Origin: Candidatus Micrarchaeota archaeon
Lineage (GTDB): Archaea > Micrarchaeota > Micrarchaeia > Micrarchaeales > CABMGC01
Length of the DNA stretch: 64,000 nt
Direction of reading: 5' to 3'
Assembly (NCBI GenBank): GCA_028866995.1
Contig: JAGWHD010000001.1
Coordinates: 183,218 to 247,217, forward strand
The notes under the pieces are model-generated. The model was not told the DNA's origin and made no database searches. It saw nothing but the letters and a program-made list of their open reading frames with translations. The position numbers were made by a program, and so were the translations under genes. This document shows positions 44,110 to 52,877 of this stretch, piece by piece; position 1 is the stretch's first letter; every line of letters begins with the position of its first letter.

Positions 44110-44206
44110 TATAGTTCACCAAACGCTTTAATATATGCTGCAAGAAGCCCTCGCATTACTCCTCCCTTAAGGGATTTGATCGTGATGCGCTGGAATCAGC
44201 AGAAAA

Positions 44207-44278
44207 TGGACTCGGCGGGATTTGAACCCGCGACCTCATCGTTGCGAACGATGCGCGCTACCGCTGCGCTACGAGCCC
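44207..44278 (-). tRNA. tRNA-Ala (anticodon CGC)
   Basis: Hand fold. Acceptor GGGCUCG/CGAGUCC with the G3:U70 Ala identity pair, D stem GCGC/GCGC, anticodon stem CAUCG/CGAUG with loop UUCGCAA, T arm GCGGG-UUCAAAU-CCCGC, discriminator A. No CCA. A T-run follows. Confidence 0.93.
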
Positions 44279-44321
44279 GTAGGATATGCTATTTTATCTA
44301 TCTTTTGCATATTAATGTCTT

Positions 44322-45707
44322 ATGATGGGCGCTTCTAAAGATAAAAAGGCCACTGCCTTGTTCAAGGGAATACTCAAGGACATAAAGCCATCAAAGGTCG
44401 AGATAGAGGCGACTACGGCCAACGTCAACAGGCTCACTACGGCGCTAAAAGCCATAGTCCCGAAGGATGTCGAGATACGGGTTGCAGGTTCCGTCGCGCG
44501 CGGCACCAACCTGAAGGGCGACGCGGACATAGACTTCTTCCTACTTTTCGAGAAGGGCACATCGAGGGAGAAGCTAGTGGAGCACGGGCTTTCCTACGGC
44601 AAGGCGCTTGCGAAGGCCGAGAAGAGCAGGTTCGAGATAAAGTACGCCGAACATCCTTATGTAAGGGTATACGTGGAGAGGATGGGCATAAAGGCAGATG
44701 TGGTCCCCGCGTGGAAGATAAGGAGCGCTGACGAGATGGGCACCATGGTCGACAGGACCCCGCTCCACACGGAATTCATCAACGGCAGGCTCGCCGAGAG
44801 GCAGAGGGACGAGGTCCGCCTGCTGAAGTTCCTGCTGAAGAAGCACAACATATACGGGGCGGAGGTGAAGGTCGGCGGCTTCCCTGGATACCTCTGCGAG
44901 CTGTTGATATACCATTACGGGTCATTGATGAAGATGCTCGAGGCAGCTGCTGCATACAGGTTGCCGCTGGTGATCAGCCCAGACGTAAGGAAGGAGATAA
45001 ATGACATAGGGATAAACAAGAGGTTCGGCTCCGATTTCGTGGTCATAGACCCCGTGGACAGCGACAGGAACGTTGCCGCAGGGCTTTCGGTGGAGTCTCT
45101 TGCAAGGTTCGTCGTGCTTGCTAGGGAGTTCGTGAGGAATCCGGATAAGAGGCTCTTCTACGGGGAGAAGTTCTCGCACGCGGAGATGCCCAGGTATTTG
45201 TCTGCATTCATGAAGGAGTGCGGTCTCAACCTGCATCTTATGGTAACGAAGGTTCCTGATGAGAGCGAGGACACCGTATGGCCGCAGCTGAGGAAGCTCT
45301 CCGAGATACTCGATGACCAGGTATCCAGGTACGGCTTTGAGACGTACATGTCGATACCGTACCTGAGCGGCAGGAATGGCGTAATAGCGGTAATCGCGCC
45401 CAAGTCCGTGAAGAGCTCGAGGCTGTTGAAAGGCCCAGACATATTCATCAGAAATGCTGCGGACAGCTTCATGTCAAAGCACAAAGATGCGATGGGTTTC
45501 GTTGTTAGGGGGAGGACGATCCTTGCGCTTGAGAGGGGCAAGTACCAGACAATAGAAGACATGCTCGATGGATTCTCAAGCGGAAAGCTGCAGCTCAGGA
45601 GCAAGCACATAAGCTTCAAGGGCTCTAAGGTATACTCGAACAGGGTTCCGAAGGAACTGGAGCACAGCACATACTACGAGCTCAAGAAGAGGCTTTCGCT
45701 CCCTTGA
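44322..45707 (+). CDS. cca: CCA-adding enzyme (archaeal class I tRNA nucleotidyltransferase)
   Basis: VAGSVARGTNLKGDADIDFFLLF (GS...DxD), KYAEHPYV, DRTPLHTEF, GGFPGYLCELLIYHYGS. Confidence 0.92.
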   Translation: MMGASKDKKATALFKGILKDIKPSKVEIEATTANVNRLTTALKAIVPKDVEIRVAGSVARGTNLKGDADIDFFLLFEKGTSREKLVEHGLSYGKALAKAEKSRFEIKYAEHPYVRVYVERMGIKADVVPAWKIRSADEMGTMVDRTPLHTEFINGRLAERQRDEVRLLKFLLKKHNIYGAEVKVGGFPGYLCELLIYHYGSLMKMLEAAAAYRLPLVISPDVRKEINDIGINKRFGSDFVVIDPVDSDRNVAAGLSVESLARFVVLAREFVRNPDKRLFYGEKFSHAEMPRYLSAFMKECGLNLHLMVTKVPDESEDTVWPQLRKLSEILDDQVSRYGFETYMSIPYLSGRNGVIAVIAPKSVKSSRLLKGPDIFIRNAADSFMSKHKDAMGFVVRGRTILALERGKYQTIEDMLDGFSSGKLQLRSKHISFKGSKVYSNRVPKELEHSTYYELKKRLSLP

Positions 45708-46262
45708 TCACAGCACGTACCTGCTTCCCTTCTTCGCAAGAGCCGCTAACTCCTCAAGCAGGTCTATGCTTCCTGTCCTTGCATTGCCGCCTTCTGCTAT
45801 CCTGACCATCCTTGGCAAGGCCTTTCTGTCGTTCATCAGCTCGAATACTCGCCCGTAGTTTGCCGAGGCGTTCACGCCGCAGTAATCAGTGGCTTCTGAG
45901 ACTATGTTGTCCCTTATCTTGTCCTTGCTGTAGCCCCTCTTCTCCATCCTTGCGATGAGCTTGCCTAGGTGCTCCCTTATGACTATGGCAGTCGCTCCCT
46001 TTATCCTGATGTCGCAGAGCAGGTGGCCTTCAAGTATAACGTAACCTGCCTTGGATTTCCTGATGCGCCTTTCCAGCTCCCTCTTCAGCGCATTCATCCT
46101 TACGATCTTGGCTCCGTCCTTGTCAATCCTGGAGAAGAGCCTCTTGCCGTTGACTATGTCGTTTGCCCTTATGAGTTCGGCGCTCTTGAGCTTTTTCGTC
46201 AGCATGCCGGCCATCCTTGTCTTTCCAGTGGCAGGAGTGCCGGTTATGACTATCGTTCTCAT
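45708..46262 (-). CDS. adenylate kinase-like NTPase (Fap7/AK6-like)
   Basis: P-loop ITGTPATGKT. About 184 aa from the internal ATG 46262, which lies 5 nt after the stop of the upstream gene. Confidence 0.65.
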   Translation of the reverse strand: MRTIVITGTPATGKTRMAGMLTKKLKSAELIRANDIVNGKRLFSRIDKDGAKIVRMNALKRELERRIRKSKAGYVILEGHLLCDIRIKGATAIVIREHLGKLIARMEKRGYSKDKIRDNIVSEATDYCGVNASANYGRVFELMNDRKALPRMVRIAEGGNARTGSIDLLEELAALAKKGSRYVL

Positions 46263-46267
46263 GGATT

Positions 46268-46858
46268 CTACTTCTTTGAGGACAAGGAATCCAATGCCGC
46301 GTCTATCTCTCTCTGGCTCCTTTCTATCGCCACGATGGGGCTTGACGGTGGCGTGATCGTCAATACATAGGCCTTCTGCCCTGAGAAGACCCATGACCCG
46401 AGCGTGTACTTGTCATATATGCCAGAGGTATCAGCGACGTAATTTGACACGCTTACCAGCTTCGTTATGAGTAAGTCTATCGCACCGCTGTACCCTTCTA
46501 TGGTTATCTCCTCCTGCCCCTGCGAATCTGCATCGACGAATGTTGGCTTTATGTATGGGACCCTTGCTGTCACCGCCTTGTTCCTTATGACCTCGTCCAT
46601 CTTCCTGTACTCTGCATCGGCCTTCTGCAGCTCAGTCTCGAACCTTGCCTGCTCGCCTACCAGCGACTTCTTCGCATCGGAGAAGTAGGCATCGACAGCG
46701 TCCCTTACCATCTTTACCTGCTGCTGCGTCGCTTTGGTGCTACCCTCAATTATGCCGCTTATGCTGAATTCGTACTTGCCCTTGTTTTCCCTCTCTATCT
46801 CGCCTATCACGGTCCTTGTCTGTTCGCTGAAGGCTGGATTTCCATCGGCCATGTTCAC
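46268..46858 (-). CDS. hypothetical protein
   Basis: 196 aa, coiled-coil middle. Co-directional and nearly contiguous with the Fap7-like gene. No motif recognised. Confidence 0.65.
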   Translation of the reverse strand: MNMADGNPAFSEQTRTVIGEIERENKGKYEFSISGIIEGSTKATQQQVKMVRDAVDAYFSDAKKSLVGEQARFETELQKADAEYRKMDEVIRNKAVTARVPYIKPTFVDADSQGQEEITIEGYSGAIDLLITKLVSVSNYVADTSGIYDKYTLGSWVFSGQKAYVLTITPPSSPIVAIERSQREIDAALDSLSSKK

Positions 46859-46895
46859 ACGGTATTACATCTCTGGAACAAATTAAAAACCTTGC

Positions 46896-47837
46896 ATGGG
46901 AGATAGCTTCATGGCAGGTTCAGAGTCGCTTGACTTCGCTTACAGGTATCCGTTCTCAAATGAGGCAAAGGCGATACTGGGCAGCATGGACCAGCAGATA
47001 AGCGAGAGGCACCTTGAGGGAGGAAGGCTCAGGCTGGAGCAGGACCTGAAGAGCCAGAGGGTGCAGTTCACCAACATAATGCTGGATGACATCAAGAAGG
47101 CCTCGATACTGAGCTATGTCTATTCGAGGATGCTTGTCAGCGCGCTGAACAACAGGTACCACCTCAGCAGGTACGTGAAGGCAGAGGCGATGCGCTTCGG
47201 CTCCGCGCTGGAGCAGGACACTGTCGAGAACATGCTAAGGGTGGCCAAGGAGATGCCGCTCGAGCTGGGGTATTCTGATGGCACGTTCTCGTTCAACTTC
47301 GCGGATTTCCTGATGTATGCTCCCAAGACCCCGGAATTCTCGCTGATAAGGAAGGGCATGGGAAAGGGGCGCGTGAAGCTGTCGAAGGAGGGGGCTTGCA
47401 GGGTCATGGAAGGGGCATTGGCAGAGCTGGTCTCGAGGAACCTTCCGATAAAGCTCAAGGAGCTGCCAAAGAAGGTCGTTGATTACTCGAAGACGGTGAA
47501 GGTGCCTGTCGAGAAGGCGGCTGCGCCTCGAAGGATGAAGGGCAATTACTTGTGGATAGAGACCGTGCTGCAGAACCCCATAGGAGATGTCAGGCACCGC
47601 GCGGTCAACCTCGTGCTGGCGCCCTACCTTGTGAACGTGAGGGGATTGGATGAGGAGAGCGCGACAAGGATAATAGTCGAGTACATAGAGAAGTGCAAGA
47701 CGCTGAACCCCGATACGAGGGTGAACCAGACCTACATAAGGTACCAGTGCAAGTACGCGAAGGAGAAGAAGATGCGGCCATTGTCGCTGGACAAGGCGAG
47801 GGAGCTGTTCAAGGGAGTGCTGGAGCTGGAGAGGTGA
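46896..47837 (+). CDS. priL: DNA primase large subunit PriL (short form, Fe-S cysteines apparently absent)
   Basis: YRYPFSNEAKAIL, ILSYVYSRMLVSALNNRYHLSRYVKAEAMRFGSAL and LPIKLKELPKKV parallel blocks I recall from Sulfolobus PriL (KKYPFIKS..., VFYTTLLSLAILND..IRRYAYAEAKQFRSLL, LNLKEIPEKL). C-terminal WIETVL...DVRHRAVNLVLAPYLVN. Only 3 Cys in total. Confidence 0.7.
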   Translation: MGDSFMAGSESLDFAYRYPFSNEAKAILGSMDQQISERHLEGGRLRLEQDLKSQRVQFTNIMLDDIKKASILSYVYSRMLVSALNNRYHLSRYVKAEAMRFGSALEQDTVENMLRVAKEMPLELGYSDGTFSFNFADFLMYAPKTPEFSLIRKGMGKGRVKLSKEGACRVMEGALAELVSRNLPIKLKELPKKVVDYSKTVKVPVEKAAAPRRMKGNYLWIETVLQNPIGDVRHRAVNLVLAPYLVNVRGLDEESATRIIVEYIEKCKTLNPDTRVNQTYIRYQCKYAKEKKMRPLSLDKARELFKGVLELER

Positions 47838-47983
47838 TGCTTATGGCGGACATACACACAATGTGCCACATATGCGGCAGGAAGGCGGAGAGGATATGCG
47901 CTCTATGCGGCAGAGGAGCGTGCAAGGAGCACATCGACGAAAAATCAGGAGCCTGCATTGCATGCAGGAGAGGCAAGCGCTGA
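47837..47983 (+). CDS. Cys-rich zinc-finger mini-protein (48 aa)
   Basis: MLMADIHTMCHICGRKAERICALCGRGACKEHIDEKSGACIACRRGKR has 7 Cys plus His. Its ATG overlaps the priL stop (TGATG). Confidence 0.6.
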   Translation: MLMADIHTMCHICGRKAERICALCGRGACKEHIDEKSGACIACRRGKR

Positions 47984-48250
47984 CTACAGCCCCTGGAAGT
48001 CCTTAGTTGAGGTTCCTTCTGGGAATGCCCTTCCGTTCTTCGCCTCTACAGGCAGCCCTATCTCGTTGGCTATCCTGGACAGCTCGCTGACGTCTATTAT
48101 CCTGTCCGTGAAAAGCTCCGCGTACTCGAAGTTGCCCATCTTTATCTTCTTTATTGCGAAGGTAAGCTGCTGGAACATGCCGTCCCTCTTCAGCCTTATC
48201 TTCACCGACCCTGCTGACAATGCAGATCTTGCGCTCGCGCTCAGCTCCAT
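47984..48250 (-). CDS. hypothetical protein (88 aa)
   Basis: MELSASARSALSAGSVKIRLKRDGMFQQLTFAIKKIKMGNFEYAELF... It looks more protein-like than the overlapping plus-strand ORF. Divergent from nuoA. Confidence 0.45.
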   Translation of the reverse strand: MELSASARSALSAGSVKIRLKRDGMFQQLTFAIKKIKMGNFEYAELFTDRIIDVSELSRIANEIGLPVEAKNGRAFPEGTSTKDFQGL

Positions 48251-48278
48251 GGCATCATATCGAAATCGCCATACATGA

Positions 48279-48294
48279 ATATTAAGCTTTAATC
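48279..48294 (+). promoter_or_regulatory. TATA box (AATATTAAGCTTTAAT) of the nuo operon
   Basis: Lies 13-28 nt upstream of the nuoA ATG 48307, which implies a leaderless or near-leaderless mRNA. Confidence 0.45.
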
Positions 48295-48306
48295 CCCTAA
48301 GCAATC

Positions 48307-48660
48307 ATGAGCCTGACGTATATCGCCATAGCAGTATTCATAGCACTCTCGCTCTTCATGCCCCTTTCGATGATACTTACTTCAAGGATGATCAGGCCGT
48401 TCATAAGGAGCAACCCTGTGGAGAGCGCACCTTACGAGAGCGCCGAGGAGAGCAGGGGGAGCAGGATAAGCATCATGAACGAGTACATACACTATTTCCC
48501 CATGTTCATAGCGTTTGAGGTCGTGGTCGCGATAATGGCGATATGGGCACCGATAGGCAGGCAGCTCAGCCTGAGGCTCGACGTCTTCATGCTCGGGCTT
48601 GTGTTGGCCGCGTTCGCGATGGAGCTTCTGACGGTCATGGTGGCCAGGTCGAGGGATTGA
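48307..48660 (+). CDS. nuoA: NADH-quinone oxidoreductase-like complex subunit A
   Basis: 117 aa, 3 TM, PYESAEE loop (the YE(C/S)G-type motif). First gene of the operon. Confidence 0.85.
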   Translation: MSLTYIAIAVFIALSLFMPLSMILTSRMIRPFIRSNPVESAPYESAEESRGSRISIMNEYIHYFPMFIAFEVVVAIMAIWAPIGRQLSLRLDVFMLGLVLAAFAMELLTVMVARSRD

Positions 48661-48664
48661 TGCT

Positions 48665-49234
48665 ATGGCAGACTACGACGGTGAGGAGTTCGAGAATGCA
48701 AGGAAGGAGATGGAAGGGCTCGTGGAGAGATCGCTGCAGGGAAGGGAGGTAAAGCCAAACGTGCTGTTCGCGAAGCTCTCCGAGATAACCAAGTCTGCCC
48801 CTGTTACAAAGGACCTGATAAGGTGGTCGAGGCAGAACTCGGTGTGGCCCATGCAGTTCGGGCTCGCTTGCTGCGCGATGGAGCTGATGGACTTCGGGAG
48901 CGCGAGGGTAGACGCTGAAAGGAAAGGGTATCTGCTGTTCAGGGGAACCCCTAGGCAATGCGACGTGATGGTGGTCGCAGGGTGGGTCACTAAGTCGATG
49001 ATACCTGAGATAAAGAGGCTCTACGAGCAGATGTCCTCCCCGAAGTATGTGATATCGTACGGCGAATGCGCAACCTGCGGAGGGCCGTGGTTCGAGAGCT
49101 ACAACATAATCAAGGGCATTGACCAGGTGCTTCCCGTAGATGTCTACGTGGGAGGGTGCCCGCCGAGGCCGGAGAGCCTCTTCGCTGCGCTGATGAAGCT
49201 TCAGAAGAAGATAGGTGGTGGCATTGAAGATTGA
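48665..49234 (+). CDS. nuoB: complex I subunit B (N2 cluster subunit)
   Basis: [33 protein letters not shown]. Confidence 0.95.
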   Translation: MADYDGEEFENARKEMEGLVERSLQGREVKPNVLFAKLSEITKSAPVTKDLIRWSRQNSVWPMQFGLACCAMELMDFGSARVDAERKGYLLFRGTPRQCDVMVVAGWVTKSMIPEIKRLYEQMSSPKYVISYGECATCGGPWFESYNIIKGIDQVLPVDVYVGGCPPRPESLFAALMKLQKKIGGGIED

Positions 49235-49592
49235 CAGGGACCAGCTGACTGCGCAGGTCGAGCGCATGATAAAGAACGGCTATGACTACCTCGTCAAGAT
49301 AACAGCTGTCGACTACAACGACCATGTCGAAGCGATATACACGCTCAGGAACATGGATGCGAACAAGGACGACACCCTTGAGGTGGAGATGAGCAGCGCG
49401 GATCTCTGGGTCCCGTCAGTCATGAAGTACTTCAAGGCCGCTGACTGGTACGAGCGCGAATTGTATGAAATGTTCGGGATAGCGATAAAGGGCAGGGCTG
49501 TTGACAGGCTCCTCCTGGAGAAATGGGACGGCGAGAATCCTCCTTTGAGGAAAGACTTCGTCTGGGGAGTGCAGTACAAGACAAAGGATTAG
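49215..49592 (+). CDS. nuoC: complex I subunit C (short)
   Basis: [15 protein letters not shown] is the NuoC signature. GTG start overlapping the nuoB end. The start is uncertain. Confidence 0.85.
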   Translation: MVALKIDRDQLTAQVERMIKNGYDYLVKITAVDYNDHVEAIYTLRNMDANKDDTLEVEMSSADLWVPSVMKYFKAADWYERELYEMFGIAIKGRAVDRLLLEKWDGENPPLRKDFVWGVQYKTKD

Positions 49593-49599
49593 TGGTATC

Positions 49600-50697
49600 T
49601 TGGCGATTACGAGGATAAACATAGGGCCTGTGCATCCGAGCACCCACGGAGTCCTAAGGCTGGTGGTGGACCTTGACGGCGATACAATAGAGAGGGTGGA
49701 GCCGCACGTGGGCTTCCTGCACCGCGGGGTCGAGAAGCTGGTGGAGACGAGGATGTACATGCAGAGCCCGCCGTACATGGAGAAGCTCGACTACATAGCG
49801 CCGCTGTCGTACGACGAAGCGTATGTATCGGCAGTGGAGAAGGCGCTCGGCGTCGAGGTCAAGGAGAGGGCGCAGTACGCCAGGGTGATACTGCTTGAGC
49901 TGCAGAGGATAGCGAGCCACCTGCTCGCGGTAGGCACGATGTGCAACGACCTGGGGCAGATGTTCACCGTGTTCATGTGGGCGTTCAAGGACAGGGACAT
50001 GGTGCTGAAGCTGCTTGAGGAGGCGGCGGGCAACAGGATGTTCTACGTGAACATGAGGCTGGGGGGGTTGCTGAGGGAGCTGCCTCCTGACTTCGAGATG
50101 CAGACGCTCGATGTCATAGACTACATGGAGAGGAGGATACCTGAATACGAGAGGTACATAGAGGGCAATCCCGTGTTCATGGAGAGGATGAAGGGGGTCG
50201 GGGTGCTCAGCCAGAAGGACGCGAGGAACCTGGGGGTGACAGGGCCTGTGCTGAGGGCCTCTGGAATCGAATACGACGTCAGGAAGAACAATCCTTATTA
50301 TGTTTATGACAAGCTCCACTTCAGCGTCAAGAGCCTGGAGAAGGGCGACAACTTCTCCAGGTACAGGATAAGGATGATGGAGATGAGGGAGAGCATACGG
50401 CTCATAAGGGATGCTTTCGACAAGATGCCTGCAGCAGGAGACATGCTGGGCATGCCGGTGAAGCTGAGGAGCCCTGCGCCAGTTAACAAGGAGGTGAGAG
50501 TGAGCAGGGAGCTGCCGAGAGGCGAGGCCTTGATGCACATGGTTGCGGACCAGCAGAAGCCGTACAGGCTATCGATAAGGTCGCCGAGCTTCATCAACCT
50601 CGCGGCGCTTCCGGACATAGCGAAAGGTTACAGGCTAGCAGACCTCTTCTCCATACTAGGCAGCCTTGACCTGGTGATGGGCTGCGTGGACAGGTGA
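49600..50697 (+). CDS. nuoD: complex I subunit D
   Basis: INIGPVHPSTHGVLRL, EPHVGFLHRGVEKL, C-terminal LDLVMGCVDR. TTG start. Confidence 0.95.
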   Translation: MAITRINIGPVHPSTHGVLRLVVDLDGDTIERVEPHVGFLHRGVEKLVETRMYMQSPPYMEKLDYIAPLSYDEAYVSAVEKALGVEVKERAQYARVILLELQRIASHLLAVGTMCNDLGQMFTVFMWAFKDRDMVLKLLEEAAGNRMFYVNMRLGGLLRELPPDFEMQTLDVIDYMERRIPEYERYIEGNPVFMERMKGVGVLSQKDARNLGVTGPVLRASGIEYDVRKNNPYYVYDKLHFSVKSLEKGDNFSRYRIRMMEMRESIRLIRDAFDKMPAAGDMLGMPVKLRSPAPVNKEVRVSRELPRGEALMHMVADQQKPYRLSIRSPSFINLAALPDIAKGYRLADLFSILGSLDLVMGCVDR

Positions 50698-50701
50698 CGA
50701 T

Positions 50702-51718
50702 ATGCAGATAAACGCGAACAGCATAGCAAACGTGAATTCGCTGGTCGGCTCAGGCAATCTCCTGTACGGCATAGTTGGAATAGTGGTCTATGCGATAATA
50801 GTTGCGCTGATGCTGTCGGTTTTCGGGTATTCGTTCGGATGGATAGAGAGGAAGATAATCGCTAGGGCGCAGTACAGGCACGGCCCCACATACGTCGGCA
50901 AGTATGGCTTCCTCCAGAACATGGCGGACCTCGTGAAGCTGCTATCGAAGCGCGAGATCGCGCTCTCCAAGGGGGACAACTTCATGGTCAGGGTGTCGGT
51001 GCCGCTGATGCTCTCGCTCTCAGTGTTCATAATACTGCTGCTGCCGTTCTCGCCGTGGCTGCAGGCAACGAACATAGGCTTCGGGCTGCTGCTGATATTC
51101 GTCGCGATCGCCTTCTTCCCGATGCTCGTCTTCCTTACGGGGTTCTCCACTGGGAACAAGTTCGGGGACATAAGCGCGCAAAGGTCGGTGCTCATGCTCC
51201 TCAGCTACGAGCTCCCGATGATCGTGGTGGTGATAACCATAGCGCTTGTGACAGGCAGCTACAATCTACAGGGAATAATAGCGGCGCAGTCAAGCCACTG
51301 GTTCGTCATCCTTATGCCGATAGGGTTCATCGTCATGTTCATAGCGATGCTTGCCGAGTTCGAGAGGCCTCCTTTCGACCTCAGGGAGGCGGATTCGGAG
51401 CTGATAGCGGGATGGCTGACAGACATAAGCGCCCCGTACTACGCCCTTGTCCTGTTCCTCGACTACACGCGAATGTTCATGGGCAGCCTCATAATAGCCA
51501 TACTGTTCCTCGGCGGATGGATGGGACCGTCGTTCCTTCCTGGCATAGTCTGGATGATAGCTAAGGCTGTGGTAGTCGCGCTGTTCGTGATAGTCGTGAG
51601 GGCGACAACGTTCAGGATGAGGATCGACAGGGTATTGCACCTCGGATGGCTCGTCCTGATACCCCTTTCATTAATAAATCTTCTAATTACGTATATTGTA
51701 TTGTTGTGGATTGCATGA
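50702..51718 (+). CDS. nuoH: complex I subunit H
   Basis: ERKIIARAQYRHGP, FAEFERPPFDLREADSELIAGW. Confidence 0.94.
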   Translation: MQINANSIANVNSLVGSGNLLYGIVGIVVYAIIVALMLSVFGYSFGWIERKIIARAQYRHGPTYVGKYGFLQNMADLVKLLSKREIALSKGDNFMVRVSVPLMLSLSVFIILLLPFSPWLQATNIGFGLLLIFVAIAFFPMLVFLTGFSTGNKFGDISAQRSVLMLLSYELPMIVVVITIALVTGSYNLQGIIAAQSSHWFVILMPIGFIVMFIAMLAEFERPPFDLREADSELIAGWLTDISAPYYALVLFLDYTRMFMGSLIIAILFLGGWMGPSFLPGIVWMIAKAVVVALFVIVVRATTFRMRIDRVLHLGWLVLIPLSLINLLITYIVLLWIA

Positions 51719-52074
51719 TAGGGCCCCTCGCAAAAACGATCAAGACAGTAGGCGAGAAGCGGTTCACCGTGGAGTTTCCCGAGGAGAAAGAGGCGCTTCC
51801 GGACAACGCCAAGGGCTCGTTGAGGCTTGACATGAGCACGTGCATAAGCTGCTCGGCGTGCGCGCTCATCTGCCCCAACAAGACAATAACCATGGTCAAC
51901 GTGCTTACGGACAAGGGGACCAAGGCCATGCCGCAGGTCGGCCTTGAACGGTGCCTCTTCTGCGCGCTCTGCGAGGAGGTCTGCCCCCCGAAGTGCCTGA
52001 CGCTTAGCAAGAGCTTCGATTTCGAGGTCTACGACAAGAGAGAACTGCAGAAGAGACCCGAGGAGCTGGAATAG
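51715..52074 (+). CDS. nuoI: complex I subunit I (2x[4Fe-4S])
   Basis: CISCSACALICP and CLFCALCEEVCP. ATG 51715 overlaps the nuoH stop (ATGA). Confidence 0.92.
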   Translation: MIGPLAKTIKTVGEKRFTVEFPEEKEALPDNAKGSLRLDMSTCISCSACALICPNKTITMVNVLTDKGTKAMPQVGLERCLFCALCEEVCPPKCLTLSKSFDFEVYDKRELQKRPEELE

Positions 52075-52076
52075 AC

Positions 52077-52568
52077 ATGTACCCCACAAGCGTCGAGTTC
52101 TACGCGTATGCCGCTATAACCGTAATTATGGTCGTGTCCGCAGCCCTCATGTTCCTGCAGAAGAGGCTTCTTTACTCGGCGATAGCGCTTGCCTTCGTGT
52201 TCGCCGGCAGCGCGCTTATGTTCCTACTGCTGGGACAGGCGATGCTTGCGCTGATACAGCTGCTCGTGTTCGTAGGCGGCCTCTCCACGTATCTCATAGT
52301 CGCGATAGCCACGGAGGAGAAGGTCACGAAGCTGGTTAGCCCGTACCTTTTCGTGATAGCCGCCGTTGTGATATCCCTGGGCCTATCGCTGTTCATAGGA
52401 GACATAGGCGGGACCGTCGCGTCGGGTGGCGGGACCGACGTGATGGGAATGGCTGCGCTGGCCTTCAAGGCCTATTGGCCGCTTTTCTACGCGATGATGT
52501 TCCTGCTGTTCGCTGCGACGATAGGCACCGTGGTAGTGGTAAAGAAGTTCGTTAAGCTGGTGGTCTGA
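52077..52568 (+). CDS. nuoJ: complex I subunit J
   Basis: 163 aa, 5 TM, operon position. Confidence 0.85.
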   Translation: MYPTSVEFYAYAAITVIMVVSAALMFLQKRLLYSAIALAFVFAGSALMFLLLGQAMLALIQLLVFVGGLSTYLIVAIATEEKVTKLVSPYLFVIAAVVISLGLSLFIGDIGGTVASGGGTDVMGMAALAFKAYWPLFYAMMFLLFAATIGTVVVVKKFVKLVV

Positions 52569-52876
52569 TGCTGGACATAGTATACATAATGGGGGCTTGC
52601 ATCGCGCTGCTGGGCGTCGCGCTAGCAGGTATAATAACCGATAGGCACTTCGTCATCATAATGCTCGCCGTAGAGGTCATGCTGGTCGCGAGCATGGTAG
52701 CTACTGTCGCGTTCATATCGTATGCCAGCGACGCTGATCCGATGGGATTCGTGCTGCTCGCGGCGCTCTGGGCTGTCGCAGCGACTGAGACCATAGCGCT
52801 TGTGACATTCTACGTTTACATGAAGTACAGGGGAGTTGACTTCGACGTCACGAAGCTCTCCAGGATGAGGTGGTAG
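52568..52876 (+). CDS. nuoK: complex I subunit K
   Basis: 102 aa, 3 TM, ETIALVTF (the conserved membrane Glu region), operon position. Confidence 0.88.
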   Translation: MLDIVYIMGACIALLGVALAGIITDRHFVIIMLAVEVMLVASMVATVAFISYASDADPMGFVLLAALWAVAATETIALVTFYVYMKYRGVDFDVTKLSRMRW

Positions 52877-52877
52877 C

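Noticed and set aside
49654-50538. 294-aa antisense ORF within nuoD. Similar shadows exist at 23239..24174 (over L22/S3), 56670..57728 (over S4/S13), 19701..20381 (over L3) and 25156..25926.
   Set aside because: Each lies opposite a gene with unambiguous conserved motifs and has skewed R/L/H/P composition.
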